Positions 9,288-19,932 of a DNA stretch of 46,706 bases are shown here, piece after piece. The DNA comes from a bacterium (GTDB lineage: Bacteria > Patescibacteriota > Minisyncoccia > Phycocordibacterales > UBA9973). Position numbers and translations under genes: made by a program. Under the pieces are notes generated by a model. That model made no database searches. It saw only the letters and a program-made list of their open reading frames with translations, and was not told the DNA's origin. Within the stretch, counting starts at the first letter, position 1. Every line of letters begins with the position of its first letter. The stretch lies in contig JAIXRY010000009.1 in NCBI GenBank assembly GCA_027484965.1, forward strand, positions 1-46,706. Direction: 5' to 3'.

Positions 9288-11156
9288 ATGGCAGACAATT
9301 TAGATCATATCGAAGAATTAAAAAAGCGCCTTTTTATGGCGAAAGATGAAAAATCTATTCCAGAACTTCGCGAGCACACATTGCATAATCCGAGGTATCA
9401 GGTTGCCAAAAAATGGACCAAAGAAACTATTAATACTACAACAAAAATTATGTCTCACGGATCATTGTTTAAGAAATTTTTTATTGGATCACTACTATTA
9501 CTTCTCGGATCTTTTGGGTTTTTTGCATATATGTTTTTGCAAGGTAATAATACTGTATCAAATGATAATATTGATATTGCTATATTAGGTAATGCTTTTG
9601 CAAAAGGTGGAGAACAATTACCAATACAGGTTTCTATTGCTAATAAAAACAAATCGTCTATTTCTAGTGTTGATCTCGTATTATCGTATCCAAAAGGAAG
9701 CGGCACTGACGCTACTTCAGAATATATTCGCTTACGCAAAACTGTAGGCACTATAGAGTCAGGCCAAACCAAGACCGAGCCATACAATCTCGTCTTATAC
9801 GGTGAACAAGGAACAATTAAAAATATTACAGCTTCAGTTGAATATAGAGTTTCTGGTTCAAATGCACTTTTTGTAAAAGATTCATCATTTATAGTGACAT
9901 TATCTGAGGCGCCTATTTCACTTGTTGTTGATGCTCCAGAAATGATTGGTTCAAATCAAGAATACAATCTTTCTATAAAGACAACTCTTAATGCTGAGAG
10001 TGCAAACAAAAACATGGTTCTCGTCCTCGCGTATCCTCCTGGATTTTCTTATATCGCTTCAAGTCAGAATCCGATGGTAGGAAACACTGTTTTTGATTTG
10101 GGGGATTTGCGCCAAGGCGTTCCAAAAACTATAACTATAAAAGGAAGTCTTGTTGGTCTCGACAAAGAAGAACGTTCGTTCCAAATATATGTAGGTGAAC
10201 AAAACAAAGATAAGCAATCAAGTATTGGTGTTATTTACAATTCACTACTTCAGAATGTAATGATTACAAGACCTTTCCTTGATGCACATCTTATAATTGG
10301 CGGAGAAGATAAACCAGTATATTCAGTGAGTGGTTCTACACCTATTAATGCGAAGATTATTTGGTCAAATAATGCTATTACTCGCATTGCTAACGCTCAA
10401 GTAACTTTGCAATTTGAAGGGCAGGCTCTCGATAAGGAATCTGTTATTGTTCCAAATGGTCGCTATGATGCACGTAACAATCTGATTGTATGGGATCAAG
10501 ACACTACACCAGAATTCGCATCGCTCGAGCCAGGAGCAACTGGTGATCTTGATTTTACAATTACAGCCAAGAATATTTCTGGAACTTCTTCTAATTCTGA
10601 TATCCAAATGAATGTTGGAATAAGAGGAGAACAATCAGGTGATGGGCTTGGACAACAAACTATTTCAAGTGTAGACAAAAAAACTCTTCGCTTTGGTGTT
10701 GATTTCCAAATCGCCCAAAGTGCGAGCTTCTTGCAAGGTCCATTCAAAAACTCTGGAACAAATCCACCTAAGAAAGGCTCCGAAACAACATATACAATCA
10801 ACTGGACACTTTCTCCAGTCCAAAATGTTGTTACAGGAGGAGTAGCAAAAGCCGTGCTTCCAATTGGAGTAAGATGGGTTGGTAAGACCTCTCCTGACCT
10901 TGAAAGAGTTTCTTTTAATTCAGCTACTAGAGAAATTACTTGGGATATCGGCACTATAAAACGCAGTACAAGCAATCTTGTGCGCCAAGTATCTTTCCAA
11001 GTTGGTGTTACTCCTTCAGCTTTTGATACAGAAACAACAACACTTTTGATGGGGGAGCTCAATGCGACAGGAACAGATACCTATACAGGTTCACCTGTGA
11101 AGGACACCAAAAGAGAATTAAATACTCGTATTGTCGATGGAAAATCTGTTAACTAA
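9288..11156 (+). CDS. Membrane-anchored extracellular protein with tandem Ig-like (DUF11-like) domains
   Basis: One N-terminal TM helix followed by repeated beta-rich modules (LAYPPGFSYI, ITWDIGTI). ATG at 9288. Confidence 0.75.
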   Translation: MADNLDHIEELKKRLFMAKDEKSIPELREHTLHNPRYQVAKKWTKETINTTTKIMSHGSLFKKFFIGSLLLLLGSFGFFAYMFLQGNNTVSNDNIDIAILGNAFAKGGEQLPIQVSIANKNKSSISSVDLVLSYPKGSGTDATSEYIRLRKTVGTIESGQTKTEPYNLVLYGEQGTIKNITASVEYRVSGSNALFVKDSSFIVTLSEAPISLVVDAPEMIGSNQEYNLSIKTTLNAESANKNMVLVLAYPPGFSYIASSQNPMVGNTVFDLGDLRQGVPKTITIKGSLVGLDKEERSFQIYVGEQNKDKQSSIGVIYNSLLQNVMITRPFLDAHLIIGGEDKPVYSVSGSTPINAKIIWSNNAITRIANAQVTLQFEGQALDKESVIVPNGRYDARNNLIVWDQDTTPEFASLEPGATGDLDFTITAKNISGTSSNSDIQMNVGIRGEQSGDGLGQQTISSVDKKTLRFGVDFQIAQSASFLQGPFKNSGTNPPKKGSETTYTINWTLSPVQNVVTGGVAKAVLPIGVRWVGKTSPDLERVSFNSATREITWDIGTIKRSTSNLVRQVSFQVGVTPSAFDTETTTLLMGELNATGTDTYTGSPVKDTKRELNTRIVDGKSVN

Positions 11157-11174
11157 ATGGTATAAAAGAAATAT

Positions 11175-12470
11175 ATGGAAAAAGATAGTGTTTTAATGGA
11201 AAAGATTATATCTCTCGCAAAGCGTCGAGGTTTTGTTTATCAAGGTTCAGATATCTACGGAGGACTCGCTGGAACATGGGATTATGGGCATCTTGGAGTT
11301 GCTTTGAAGAATAATATAAAAGGTCTTTGGTGGAAGAAGTTTGTGGATGACCGTCGTGATATGTACGGTATTGATGCGGCAATCTTAATGCATCCAGGTG
11401 TATGGAAGGCAAGTGGTCACGTGGATACATTCACAGATCCTCTTGTGGAATGTACAAAATGTAAAAAACGTTTTCGTGCAGACCAATTAGAAAAAGCAGG
11501 TATTTGCGATTCTTGTGGAGCGCCTACAGGTGAAGCTCGCAATTTCAATATGATGTTTCAAACTCAAGTTGGAGCTGTAGAAGATTCGTCTGCAACAGTG
11601 TACCTTCGTCCAGAAACAGCTCAAGGAATGTTTGTTAACTTCAAAAATGTTGTGGACTCATTCCATCCTAAGCTTCCTTTTGGAACAGCTCAAATAGGTA
11701 AGGCGTTCCGAAATGAAATCACTCCTCGTGACTTTATTTTCCGTGTACGTGAATTCGAGCAAATGGAAATTGAATATTTCATCCGTGAAAATGATTGGGA
11801 AAAACAATTTGAATATTGGAAAGATGAAATGATTGAATGGATGGATATTGTAGGTATTGATCAATCAAAAGTTCATGAACTTGAAGTAGAAAAGGAAGAC
11901 CTGGCTCATTACTCACGTAGAACTGTAGATTTTGAATTCGATTTTCCTTTTGGAAAAAAAGAATTGTATGGTTTAGCATATCGCACAAATTTTGATTTGA
12001 ATATTCATAAGCTTGAATATGTTGATGAAGAAAATGCTCAGAAAATAGTACCTCACGTAATTGAGCCGTCGTTTGGTCTTGATAGAACAGTACTCGCAGT
12101 ATTGCTCAGTGCTTATAATGAAGAAGAAAAAGAAGAAGACACTCGTGTATTTTTGAAACTCAAGCCAAGTGTAGCGCCTGTAATATGTGCTGTATCACCA
12201 TTACTCAAGAATAAGCCTGAGCTCGTAGGAAAAGCTGAAGAAATATTTGGAATGCTCAAAAAAGAATTTGGACGCGTTATGTGGGATGATAATGGAAACA
12301 TAGGAAAGCGCTATCGCAGACAAGATGAGATAGGTACGCCATGGTGTATTGTTATCGACTTCGATACTCTCACAGATAATACAGTAACAATTCGCGATCG
12401 TGACACAGGTTCTCAAATACGCCTCAAAGATTATGAATTGGTAGGGTATATAAAAGATAGATTAAATTAA
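11175..12470 (+). CDS. glyQS: Glycine--tRNA ligase, alpha2 type
   Basis: AKRRGF, IYGG, YLRPETAQG, FRNEITPR, REFEQME, VIEPSFG, IGKRYRRQDEIG. Confidence 0.97.
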   Translation: MEKDSVLMEKIISLAKRRGFVYQGSDIYGGLAGTWDYGHLGVALKNNIKGLWWKKFVDDRRDMYGIDAAILMHPGVWKASGHVDTFTDPLVECTKCKKRFRADQLEKAGICDSCGAPTGEARNFNMMFQTQVGAVEDSSATVYLRPETAQGMFVNFKNVVDSFHPKLPFGTAQIGKAFRNEITPRDFIFRVREFEQMEIEYFIRENDWEKQFEYWKDEMIEWMDIVGIDQSKVHELEVEKEDLAHYSRRTVDFEFDFPFGKKELYGLAYRTNFDLNIHKLEYVDEENAQKIVPHVIEPSFGLDRTVLAVLLSAYNEEEKEEDTRVFLKLKPSVAPVICAVSPLLKNKPELVGKAEEIFGMLKKEFGRVMWDDNGNIGKRYRRQDEIGTPWCIVIDFDTLTDNTVTIRDRDTGSQIRLKDYELVGYIKDRLN

Positions 12471-12505
12471 ACAAAAAACTCCCCAAAAGGGAGTTTTTTG
12501 TTTAA
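12466..12505 (+). terminator. Intrinsic terminator after glyQS
   Basis: ttaaacaaaaaactccc-caaaa-gggagttttttgtttaa. Confidence 0.8.
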
Positions 12506-12529
12506 TAAAGATAATGGTATTATAGATAC

Positions 12530-13594
12530 ATGACAGATCGCCCAATAAATATATCTATTACCACAGGAACAGTTGTAAAAACACTTCTTATTATAGGACT
12601 TTTTGCTGTAGCTTTTCTATTGAAAGATGTTTTGCTTGTAGTTCTTACAGCTATTGTCATTGCTTCTTTTGTGGAGGTGATTTCAAATAAATTAAAGAAA
12701 AAATATAAAATACCAAGACAGATTGTTGTTTCTGTTGTTTTCTCCTTGATGCTTATAATAATAGGTACTCTTGCATATTTTATAGTACCTCTTTTCTTGG
12801 ATCAAGTTTCAACACTACTTAGTCAGATTTCAAAAGCGCTTCCAAATATAGAATTTTTAAAACCATTTCAAAGCAGATCTTTTATTCTTGGAGCACAGCG
12901 TTTTGTTGATGGAATAGGAAGTGATACGCCTATTACTGATGTTATATCTGGTTCAAGAACTTTTATTACATATATTTCAACAACTCTTTTTGATTCTGTA
13001 TCAAGTATTTTTGGAGGGTTGGTAAACTTAGTAATTCTTCTTGTTATATCTTTTTACTTATCTATGCAAGAGAGGGGTGTTGAAAGTTTCCTTCGATTAG
13101 TTACACCATTACAATACGAACCATATGTTCTCGATCTCTGGGAAAGAACAGAAACAAAAATTGCAGGTTGGGTTCAAGGGCAGTTAGTTCTTGGTCTTAT
13201 AATTGGGGTACTAACTTTTATAGGTTTGTCTATTATAGGAGTTCCGTACTCTCTTCTACTTGCTCTTATTGCTGCGGTAATGGAACTCGTTCCTTTTGGT
13301 CTTATATTTGCTGTTATACCAGCTGTTGCAGTTGCTGCCATTAATGGAGGATTCTCTAGTGGGCTTATAGTTTTATTGTTTTATATTATTATTCAACAAT
13401 TGGAAAATTATTTAATTGCTCCAATGCTTACAAAAAAGACAACAGGAGTATCTCCACTGGTTGTCATTATTTCTCTTTTGATAGGAGCTCAGCTTGCTGG
13501 ATTTTGGGGGTTAATTCTTGCTGTTCCTGGAGCTGTGCTTGTTCTTGAAATTCTAGAAGATTACGAAAAGAAAAAGCTTCCTAATAGATCATAA
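12530..13594 (+). CDS. AI-2E family transporter
   Basis: Multi-TM protein with QQLENYLIAP and GFWGLILAVP motifs. Confidence 0.9.
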   Translation: MTDRPINISITTGTVVKTLLIIGLFAVAFLLKDVLLVVLTAIVIASFVEVISNKLKKKYKIPRQIVVSVVFSLMLIIIGTLAYFIVPLFLDQVSTLLSQISKALPNIEFLKPFQSRSFILGAQRFVDGIGSDTPITDVISGSRTFITYISTTLFDSVSSIFGGLVNLVILLVISFYLSMQERGVESFLRLVTPLQYEPYVLDLWERTETKIAGWVQGQLVLGLIIGVLTFIGLSIIGVPYSLLLALIAAVMELVPFGLIFAVIPAVAVAAINGGFSSGLIVLLFYIIIQQLENYLIAPMLTKKTTGVSPLVVIISLLIGAQLAGFWGLILAVPGAVLVLEILEDYEKKKLPNRS

Positions 13595-13599
13595 TTTGT

Positions 13600-15051
13600 A
13601 TGACTGAAAAAAATAAAAATTTCTATATTACCACAACTTTGCCGTACGTGAATGCTGATCCACACGTGGGATTTGCTATGGAATTTGTGCGTGCAGATGT
13701 GATTGCAAGATGGAAAAAATCACAAGGATATAATGTATTCTTCAATACAGGTACAGACGAGCATGGGCAAAAGCTTTTTACTGCAGCTGAAAAAGAGGGG
13801 GTAGATGTACAAGATTACGTTGATGGATATGCAGAAAAATTCCGCGGATTAAAAGATCTTCTTGGTATAACGCAAGATGTTCACTTCATAAGAACAACAG
13901 ATGAAAATCATATTAAAGCAGCTCAAACATTTTGGAGACTTTGTAATCAAAATGGATATATCTATAAGAAAACATATCAAGCAAAATATTGTGTAGGGTG
14001 TGAACTTGAAAAAACAGACAGTGAACTCGATGATGATGGCGAATGTCCTATACACAAAGGCAGACCGATCGAACTTATTGACGAAGAAAACTATTTCTTT
14101 AAATGGAGTGCCTTCCAAAAACCACTTCTTGCTTTCTATGAAGAAAATCCAAACTTTGTAATTCCAGATTTTCGTTTCAACGAAATAAAAGCTTTCGTAG
14201 AAAGAGGACTCGAAGACTTTTCTATTTCTCGTTTGAAATCAAAAATGTCTTGGGGTATTCCTGTTCCAGATGATGAAGATCAAGTTATGTATGTTTGGTT
14301 TGACGCATTGGTAAACTACATATCAACTCTTGGGTGGCCAACTGAGTCAGAATTCAAAGACTTTTGGATATACGGAACACCTACCCAATATTGTGGTAAG
14401 GACAATCTTCGTCAGCAGTCAGCAATGTGGCAATCAATGCTTATGGCTGCAGGTATTTCAAATTCGCACAAGATTATTGTAGATGGATTTATAACAGGTG
14501 ATGGAGGGATTAAGATGTCTAAATCGATAGGTAATGTTATTAATCCATATGATGTGGTGAGTGGATACGGTACAGACGCACTTAGATTCTTCTTACTAAA
14601 AGAAGTATCCTCTTTTGAGGATTCTCCATTTACAATGGATAGATTTAAAGCGTCTTATAATGCAAATCTTGCAAACGGTCTTGGTAATCTTACTTCACGC
14701 CTTCTTAATATGACTGTGTCTTATGGTGTGTCTTTTGACCATATTACTTTCGAACCTCTTGCAAATGACGAAATAGAAAAAGCCTACAACGAATTTGATA
14801 TTGCAAAGGTGATGAATATTGTATGGGCTGAAATAAATGGACTTGATAAGTTCATTCAGGAAACAGAACCATTCAAGACTATAAAGACAAATGAAGTAAA
14901 AGCTCATAGCGATCTCAAATATGCAATTCTTCGCTTGTCTCATATTGCAACAACACTCGCTCCACTTCTTCCAGAAACATCAGAAAAAATAATTTCTTTA
15001 ATTAAAGAAAACAAAAAACCAGAACAACCATTATTTTTGAGAAAGGAATAG
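13600..15051 (+). CDS. metG: Methionine--tRNA ligase (short form)
   Basis: TTTLPYVNADPHVG, GTDEHGQK, YVWFDAL, KMSKS. Confidence 0.97.
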   Translation: MTEKNKNFYITTTLPYVNADPHVGFAMEFVRADVIARWKKSQGYNVFFNTGTDEHGQKLFTAAEKEGVDVQDYVDGYAEKFRGLKDLLGITQDVHFIRTTDENHIKAAQTFWRLCNQNGYIYKKTYQAKYCVGCELEKTDSELDDDGECPIHKGRPIELIDEENYFFKWSAFQKPLLAFYEENPNFVIPDFRFNEIKAFVERGLEDFSISRLKSKMSWGIPVPDDEDQVMYVWFDALVNYISTLGWPTESEFKDFWIYGTPTQYCGKDNLRQQSAMWQSMLMAAGISNSHKIIVDGFITGDGGIKMSKSIGNVINPYDVVSGYGTDALRFFLLKEVSSFEDSPFTMDRFKASYNANLANGLGNLTSRLLNMTVSYGVSFDHITFEPLANDEIEKAYNEFDIAKVMNIVWAEINGLDKFIQETEPFKTIKTNEVKAHSDLKYAILRLSHIATTLAPLLPETSEKIISLIKENKKPEQPLFLRKE

Positions 15052-15052
15052 T

Positions 15053-15844
15053 ATGAATTTTAGCTATATAGATATTCACTCACATTTGAACTTCAAAGAC
15101 TTTGATGAAGATAGAGAGAGTGTAATACAACAAATGAAAGATGAGGGAATTGCGACAATATCTGTCGGTACAGACCTGGCTTCATCTATAGAAGTAATAA
15201 GACTTTCAGAAATACACGATAATCTTTTTGCTTGTGTTGGCGTGCATCCCACCGATGTCCTTGAGTCATCTTTTGATTATGAAGAATTTTTGGAATTAGC
15301 AAAACATCCGAAAGTTGTTGCGATAGGTGAGTGTGGTTTTGATTATTTTCGTGACCAGAGCGATGAGTTAAAAAATAAACAAAAAGAAATTTTTGAAGCA
15401 CATATAAAACTTGCAATAGAAGTAGGAAAACCCCTCATGATTCACGCCCGCGCAAGTAAAGGTACGCAGGATGCATATCATGATACCCTTGATATTCTAA
15501 AATATTACCAAAAAGAACATCCAGAACTCCTGGCAAATTTCCACTTCTTTGCAGGTGATATTGGTGTACTTGAGAGAATACTTGATATTGGCTGTACAGT
15601 GTCTTTTGATGGGCCTATTACATTTGCTAGAGATTATGACGAAGTTATACAAAAATGCTCTTATATGAGTATTATGGCTGAAACTGATAGCCCTTTCGCA
15701 GCACCGAACCCATATAGAGGTAAAAGAAACAGTCCTTTGTATGTAAAAGAGATATATAATAAAATAGCTGAAATTAGAGGTGAAAATGAAGAAGAAGTGA
15801 GACTCCAAATTAATCAAAATGCTCAAAATTTCTTTAACTTATAA
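15053..15844 (+). CDS. tatD: TatD family hydrolase
   Basis: DIHSHL, GVHP, AIGECGFDY, ETDSPF. Confidence 0.93.
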   Translation: MNFSYIDIHSHLNFKDFDEDRESVIQQMKDEGIATISVGTDLASSIEVIRLSEIHDNLFACVGVHPTDVLESSFDYEEFLELAKHPKVVAIGECGFDYFRDQSDELKNKQKEIFEAHIKLAIEVGKPLMIHARASKGTQDAYHDTLDILKYYQKEHPELLANFHFFAGDIGVLERILDIGCTVSFDGPITFARDYDEVIQKCSYMSIMAETDSPFAAPNPYRGKRNSPLYVKEIYNKIAEIRGENEEEVRLQINQNAQNFFNL

Positions 15845-15883
15845 CAACAAGACACTTATATTTAATGGGTGTATAATTGTATT

Positions 15884-17212
15884 ATGAACTTAGAAAGAAA
15901 ATTTTCGAAAGAGTTGGCGCCAGATTTACGTAAGGAAACGGCTGATAAAATAAGAGAGGCTCGAAATAAGCCTTCCAATTTTGATGAATTAAAAAAATAT
16001 AACAAGAATGTAAGAGAGTTGCCTGAAGAATATGAATCATGGGCTCCAATCAAGGAAAGTTTTGAATCTTTAAAAAAAGACATTTGGGGAAAAATATTTA
16101 AAACTGAAAAATATCGAGAACGAGAACTTTTCTTGAATGAGGTATTAAGTCTTAAAAAAGAAGGTGATATAACTCGAGCTAAAATGGAATATGAGGAAAA
16201 ACTGAACGAAATTATAAAAAATTGCCCACTATCAATAGAAGAAAGAGAAAAATATTTATCGACTGAAGCCATGGAAAAAATGCCTTTGGAAGATTACTTA
16301 ACTTTACTTAAAAGATTATCTGGTGAAGCTTTTTACCATGTCACAAGATATGGAGTTCGCGAAAATACCTTTATGTCTACTGGTGGTGGACATACTCTCG
16401 GAAAAGGCACTTTCATTAATAGCCTAAATCAGTTATTAGAAGATGGAAATATTAATTCGCTTGTTGCTAGAGAAATTAAAAATGATGGTAGTTATATTTT
16501 AAAATCACATGAAAATGAAATTAAAGAAGAAATAAAAAAAGGAACACCTATCAAAGAAATAGTTGATCATTTAATGAAACAATACGATACGGAATATTTT
16601 CTAGATAGAGAGTCAGCACATTTTTCATATGGTCAAGATAAGCATAGTATGTATGGCGCTGAAAAAGGATATAAATTCTATGTATACTATCCTGTTGAAT
16701 ACATATTACAAAATGATTTTTTTCATAAAAATAGAGAAGTGCAAATAAAAATAGGTGAAAGTCAGTTTTTTAATCGAGGCGGAATAGACCAACAATATAA
16801 TGATGTTGAAATATTTAATTTTGGAAAAGGAGTACCTGTTAATGCAGGGATTCTCTGTATTACAGGTGATGTAGATGTTGACCCAAAAACAGGGTCACAG
16901 TATTTAATAGAAAATGGAGAACCTGTTGTTGATAAGAATGGTGAATTTAAAAAACCAGATCAAACAATAACAAGTCAAGAATATTGGGAAAATTATTTTA
17001 AAATTAATCCAGAACTAAGACCAAGTAAAATTATATATAGTGATTTTGGTACATCATCAAATAAATTAGATCATGTATTAAGTGTGTGGGCCGAAAGTAA
17101 GAAGATATTAAATCAAGATCCAGACAAAAAGGAAGCCTTCGATAATTATGTAAAATTTACTCAGGATGCACTACGAAAAATCTATACAGATATAATTACA
17201 GAGGATTTTTGA
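15884..17212 (+). CDS. Hypothetical protein with N-terminal coiled coil and possible ADP-ribosyltransferase-like C-terminal domain
   Basis: Long ORF with FYHVT...LNQLLEDG...HFSYG spacing reminiscent of H-x-T ART folds (inference). Confidence 0.6.
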   Translation: MNLERKFSKELAPDLRKETADKIREARNKPSNFDELKKYNKNVRELPEEYESWAPIKESFESLKKDIWGKIFKTEKYRERELFLNEVLSLKKEGDITRAKMEYEEKLNEIIKNCPLSIEEREKYLSTEAMEKMPLEDYLTLLKRLSGEAFYHVTRYGVRENTFMSTGGGHTLGKGTFINSLNQLLEDGNINSLVAREIKNDGSYILKSHENEIKEEIKKGTPIKEIVDHLMKQYDTEYFLDRESAHFSYGQDKHSMYGAEKGYKFYVYYPVEYILQNDFFHKNREVQIKIGESQFFNRGGIDQQYNDVEIFNFGKGVPVNAGILCITGDVDVDPKTGSQYLIENGEPVVDKNGEFKKPDQTITSQEYWENYFKINPELRPSKIIYSDFGTSSNKLDHVLSVWAESKKILNQDPDKKEAFDNYVKFTQDALRKIYTDIITEDF

Positions 17213-17306
17213 CAAAATCATTGTTTTTCTATATTATATCCATGTAGCCCCGTTCGATATACCTCCCACAAATATAGGTATATTGCATTAGTCCGAAACG
17301 TGGGTC
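17209..17306 (+). promoter_or_regulatory. Sigma70 promoter and structured rpsF leader (candidate S6:S18 autoregulatory element)
   Basis: TTGACA(17209)-17 nt-TATTAT(17232). Nested helices gccccgttcg/cgaaacgtgggt and atatacct/aggtatat. Confidence 0.55.
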
Positions 17307-17325
17307 TTAAAAATTAATATTATTT

Positions 17326-17820
17326 ATGCAAGAATTTGACAAAGCACTCCGTGTTTATGAATTTTCTTACTTGCTTGTACCTTCAATTCCTGAGGAAGCT
17401 CTAGAAAAAAAGGTAGAAAGTATGAAAGAAAAAATCTTAGCACAAGGTGGAGAACTTATAGCAGAAGAGTCACCAAAATTTATGACTCTTGCGTACGAAA
17501 TGTCACGCACAATTACAAACAAGAAAACTCCTTTTGCAAACGCATACTTCGGTTGGATCAAATTTGAAACAACTCCAGAAGTAGGAGAATCTCTCACAGC
17601 AATGTTTGAAAGAGATGAAGAAATAATTCGTTTCCTCAATATTAAAACAATTCGTGAAAGTACTCTCGCTCCAAAAAAGTTTACTGAAAAGGGAAGTCCT
17701 CGTAAAAAAGAACAAACATCAGTTGAACAAGTAGCTGAAGTACCAACAGAAACAACAGAAGAAGCTCCTTCACAAGAAGAAGTTTCAGTAGAAGAAACAT
17801 TACCAACAGTAGAAGAATAA
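17326..17820 (+). CDS. rpsF: 30S ribosomal protein S6 with acidic C-terminal tail
   Basis: YEFSYLL, LAYEM, AYFGW, IIRFL motifs; rpsF-ssb-rpsR order. Confidence 0.92.
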   Translation: MQEFDKALRVYEFSYLLVPSIPEEALEKKVESMKEKILAQGGELIAEESPKFMTLAYEMSRTITNKKTPFANAYFGWIKFETTPEVGESLTAMFERDEEIIRFLNIKTIRESTLAPKKFTEKGSPRKKEQTSVEQVAEVPTETTEEAPSQEEVSVEETLPTVEE

Positions 17821-17832
17821 TTATTACTCTAT

Positions 17833-18291
17833 ATGTACATCAACAAAGCAACAATTCTAGGTAATCTCACTCGTGATCCTGAAGTAAAATCAATTCCAAC
17901 AGGCACAAAAGTAGCAACATTTTCTCTAGCGACTAATCGTTCATGGAAAGATGCAAACGGTGCAAGAAAGGATGCTTCTGAATACCACAATGTTGTAGCA
18001 TTCGGACGTCAAGCAGAATTGATTGGTCAATATGCAAAAAAGGGAAGCTCTCTTTTTGTAGAAGGACGCTTACAGACACGAAGTTGGGATGATCCGTCTG
18101 GTCAAAAGAAATACCGTACAGAAATAATACTAGAAAACTTCCAATTTGGTCCAAAACCTCAAGCTGGAGGAATGACTGAAATGAGTGCAAGACCTGCACA
18201 AAAAGAAGCTCCTAGTCCTGAAAACGATGATTCATTTGATGCTATAGAATATCCAAACGAAGATATTAATGTTGATGATATTCCATTTTAA
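17833..18291 (+). CDS. ssb: Single-stranded DNA-binding protein
   Basis: [25 protein letters not shown]-terminal DDIPF. Confidence 0.97.
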   Translation: MYINKATILGNLTRDPEVKSIPTGTKVATFSLATNRSWKDANGARKDASEYHNVVAFGRQAELIGQYAKKGSSLFVEGRLQTRSWDDPSGQKKYRTEIILENFQFGPKPQAGGMTEMSARPAQKEAPSPENDDSFDAIEYPNEDINVDDIPF

Positions 18292-18296
18292 TTTAT

Positions 18297-18497
18297 ATGA
18301 AACAAGACTTTTTCTCTTCAAACAATATAAAGCACATAGACTATAAGGATACTGAAATTCTAAAGAAATTCATTGGTCCTTCAGCAAAGATACTGTCACG
18401 TCGCCGTACAGGTCTTACTGCAAAAAATCAAAGAGCGCTTACAGCTGCTGTAAAACGTTCAAGATTTATGGGTCTTCTACCATACGTTGCTAAGTAA
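18297..18497 (+). CDS. rpsR: 30S ribosomal protein S18 (no zinc-binding Cys)
   Basis: [16 protein letters not shown]...[13 protein letters not shown]. Confidence 0.96.
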   Translation: MKQDFFSSNNIKHIDYKDTEILKKFIGPSAKILSRRRTGLTAKNQRALTAAVKRSRFMGLLPYVAK

Positions 18498-18509
18498 TTG
18501 TTTAGAAAT

Positions 18510-18560
18510 AAAACACAAATAAAAGCGGAACCCAAATGGGTTCCGCTTTTATTTGTGTTT
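18510..18560. terminator. Bidirectional terminator rpsR/efp
   Basis: Long perfect inverted repeat aaaacacaaataaaagcggaaccc / gggttccgcttttatttgtgtttt. Confidence 0.85.
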
Positions 18561-19144
18561 TATTTTGCTCGCTCTACGTATTCAGCACTCTCAGTATTAA
18601 CAACAATTGTTTCTCCTGCATTAATGAAAAGGGGAACGTTGATACTTGTACCATTTTCAAGAACAACTTGTTTGTTTCCTCCTGTAGCAGAGTCGCCTTT
18701 GATTGATGGTGGAGCTTCTTTAACTACGAAGTTTACTTTGATAGGGAGTTTAACTCCTATAATTTGTTCTTCGTCATCGTATTCAAACATCAAAGCAATG
18801 GCAGTGCAGTTATCCTTTAGGAATTTTTTGGTATTTCCATCCATAAGGCTGTCTTTTACCACGAAGCGATTCTTTGGATCTGTTGGATCGCAGAACCAGT
18901 ATTCACCTTTGTTTGCGTATAGAAATTTGATATCTTTCTTAGACACTTCCGCTTCTTCAATCTGATCTGATGCATGGAATGTTGTAGTAACAGCACGACC
19001 TGATATTAGGTTGCGCATCTTTACTTGGTTTTGAGGTTTTCTTTGTTGAGTGCGGGCTACATGAGAATCTGTTACTTCATAAGGCTCTCCCTCATAAACA
19101 ACATATTTTCCGATCTTAATTTCGTTGTAATCTAACAATGACAT
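18560..19144 (-). CDS. efp: Elongation factor P
   Basis: KMRNLISG, FLY, PSIKGDSA, VPLFINAGE...Y.ER motifs; non-canonical tip loop RTQQRKP. Confidence 0.93.
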   Translation of the reverse strand: MSLLDYNEIKIGKYVVYEGEPYEVTDSHVARTQQRKPQNQVKMRNLISGRAVTTTFHASDQIEEAEVSKKDIKFLYANKGEYWFCDPTDPKNRFVVKDSLMDGNTKKFLKDNCTAIALMFEYDDEEQIIGVKLPIKVNFVVKEAPPSIKGDSATGGNKQVVLENGTSINVPLFINAGETIVVNTESAEYVERAK

Positions 19145-19216
19145 ATAAATAATTTATAAATTTGGTAATAATATAAAAACACTATAGCAAAATAAACTTA
19201 TTTTGCAAGGTATTTT

Positions 19217-19909
19217 TTAAGCAGCCTTATCTTGCTCTGATTCTATTTTATTTAGTTCTTCTTTTGTAATAACTCCTTTTGTTATTTTTTCTAGATTTTC
19301 ATCTTTATCATCTTCCATAAATTCATTAAAAGAAGGATATTCTTCTTCTGTAATGCGTTCCGGTTCTGTTTTGAATAGTTTTCTGATTAGACCTCTAAGG
19401 CCGCGCCGCTTCTTATTTTCAGGAATTGTTTTTAGATTGTCTTTTCCAGCGTATCCACCGTATACTGTTCGGTCTATATCTTTTGTTTGAAATGGTGTAC
19501 CTAAATATGACTTGTCTTTGTATTGTTGGTTTATTGATTCGTGGTATCTGTATTCACCTGATTCTTGTTGTTCATATGCTCTTCCAATGGCATTACGTAA
19601 ACCTTCCATGTCTGGATTTAGATGTTCAGGATATTGGTCAGGGTATTGAGATTTTAGTTGTTCGTGGATTTGTTCATCAATTTCTTCTGCGCTCATACCG
19701 TCGTATTTATATGCTTCTGGTCCAACGTGTTCGTAATCTACATTGTTGTTTTCTTCTACTTCAATATTTTTTTTATCAATTAATTCATCAATAGAAGGTG
19801 ACTGATCAACAATTTCTTTTTTTATTTTTCCATCTACAGAGTCTTCATATTTGTTGTAACTGTCTGCTTGGTTTTTAATTACTCCTTTTATAAAGTGTTC
19901 TTCTTTCAT
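19217..19909 (-). CDS. Hypothetical acidic protein, 230 aa
   Basis: ATG ORF co-oriented between recA and efp; no motif recognised. Confidence 0.65.
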   Translation of the reverse strand: MKEEHFIKGVIKNQADSYNKYEDSVDGKIKKEIVDQSPSIDELIDKKNIEVEENNNVDYEHVGPEAYKYDGMSAEEIDEQIHEQLKSQYPDQYPEHLNPDMEGLRNAIGRAYEQQESGEYRYHESINQQYKDKSYLGTPFQTKDIDRTVYGGYAGKDNLKTIPENKKRRGLRGLIRKLFKTEPERITEEEYPSFNEFMEDDKDENLEKITKGVITKEELNKIESEQDKAA

Positions 19910-19932
19910 AAAAATTTAGGTTAGATAGTTTG

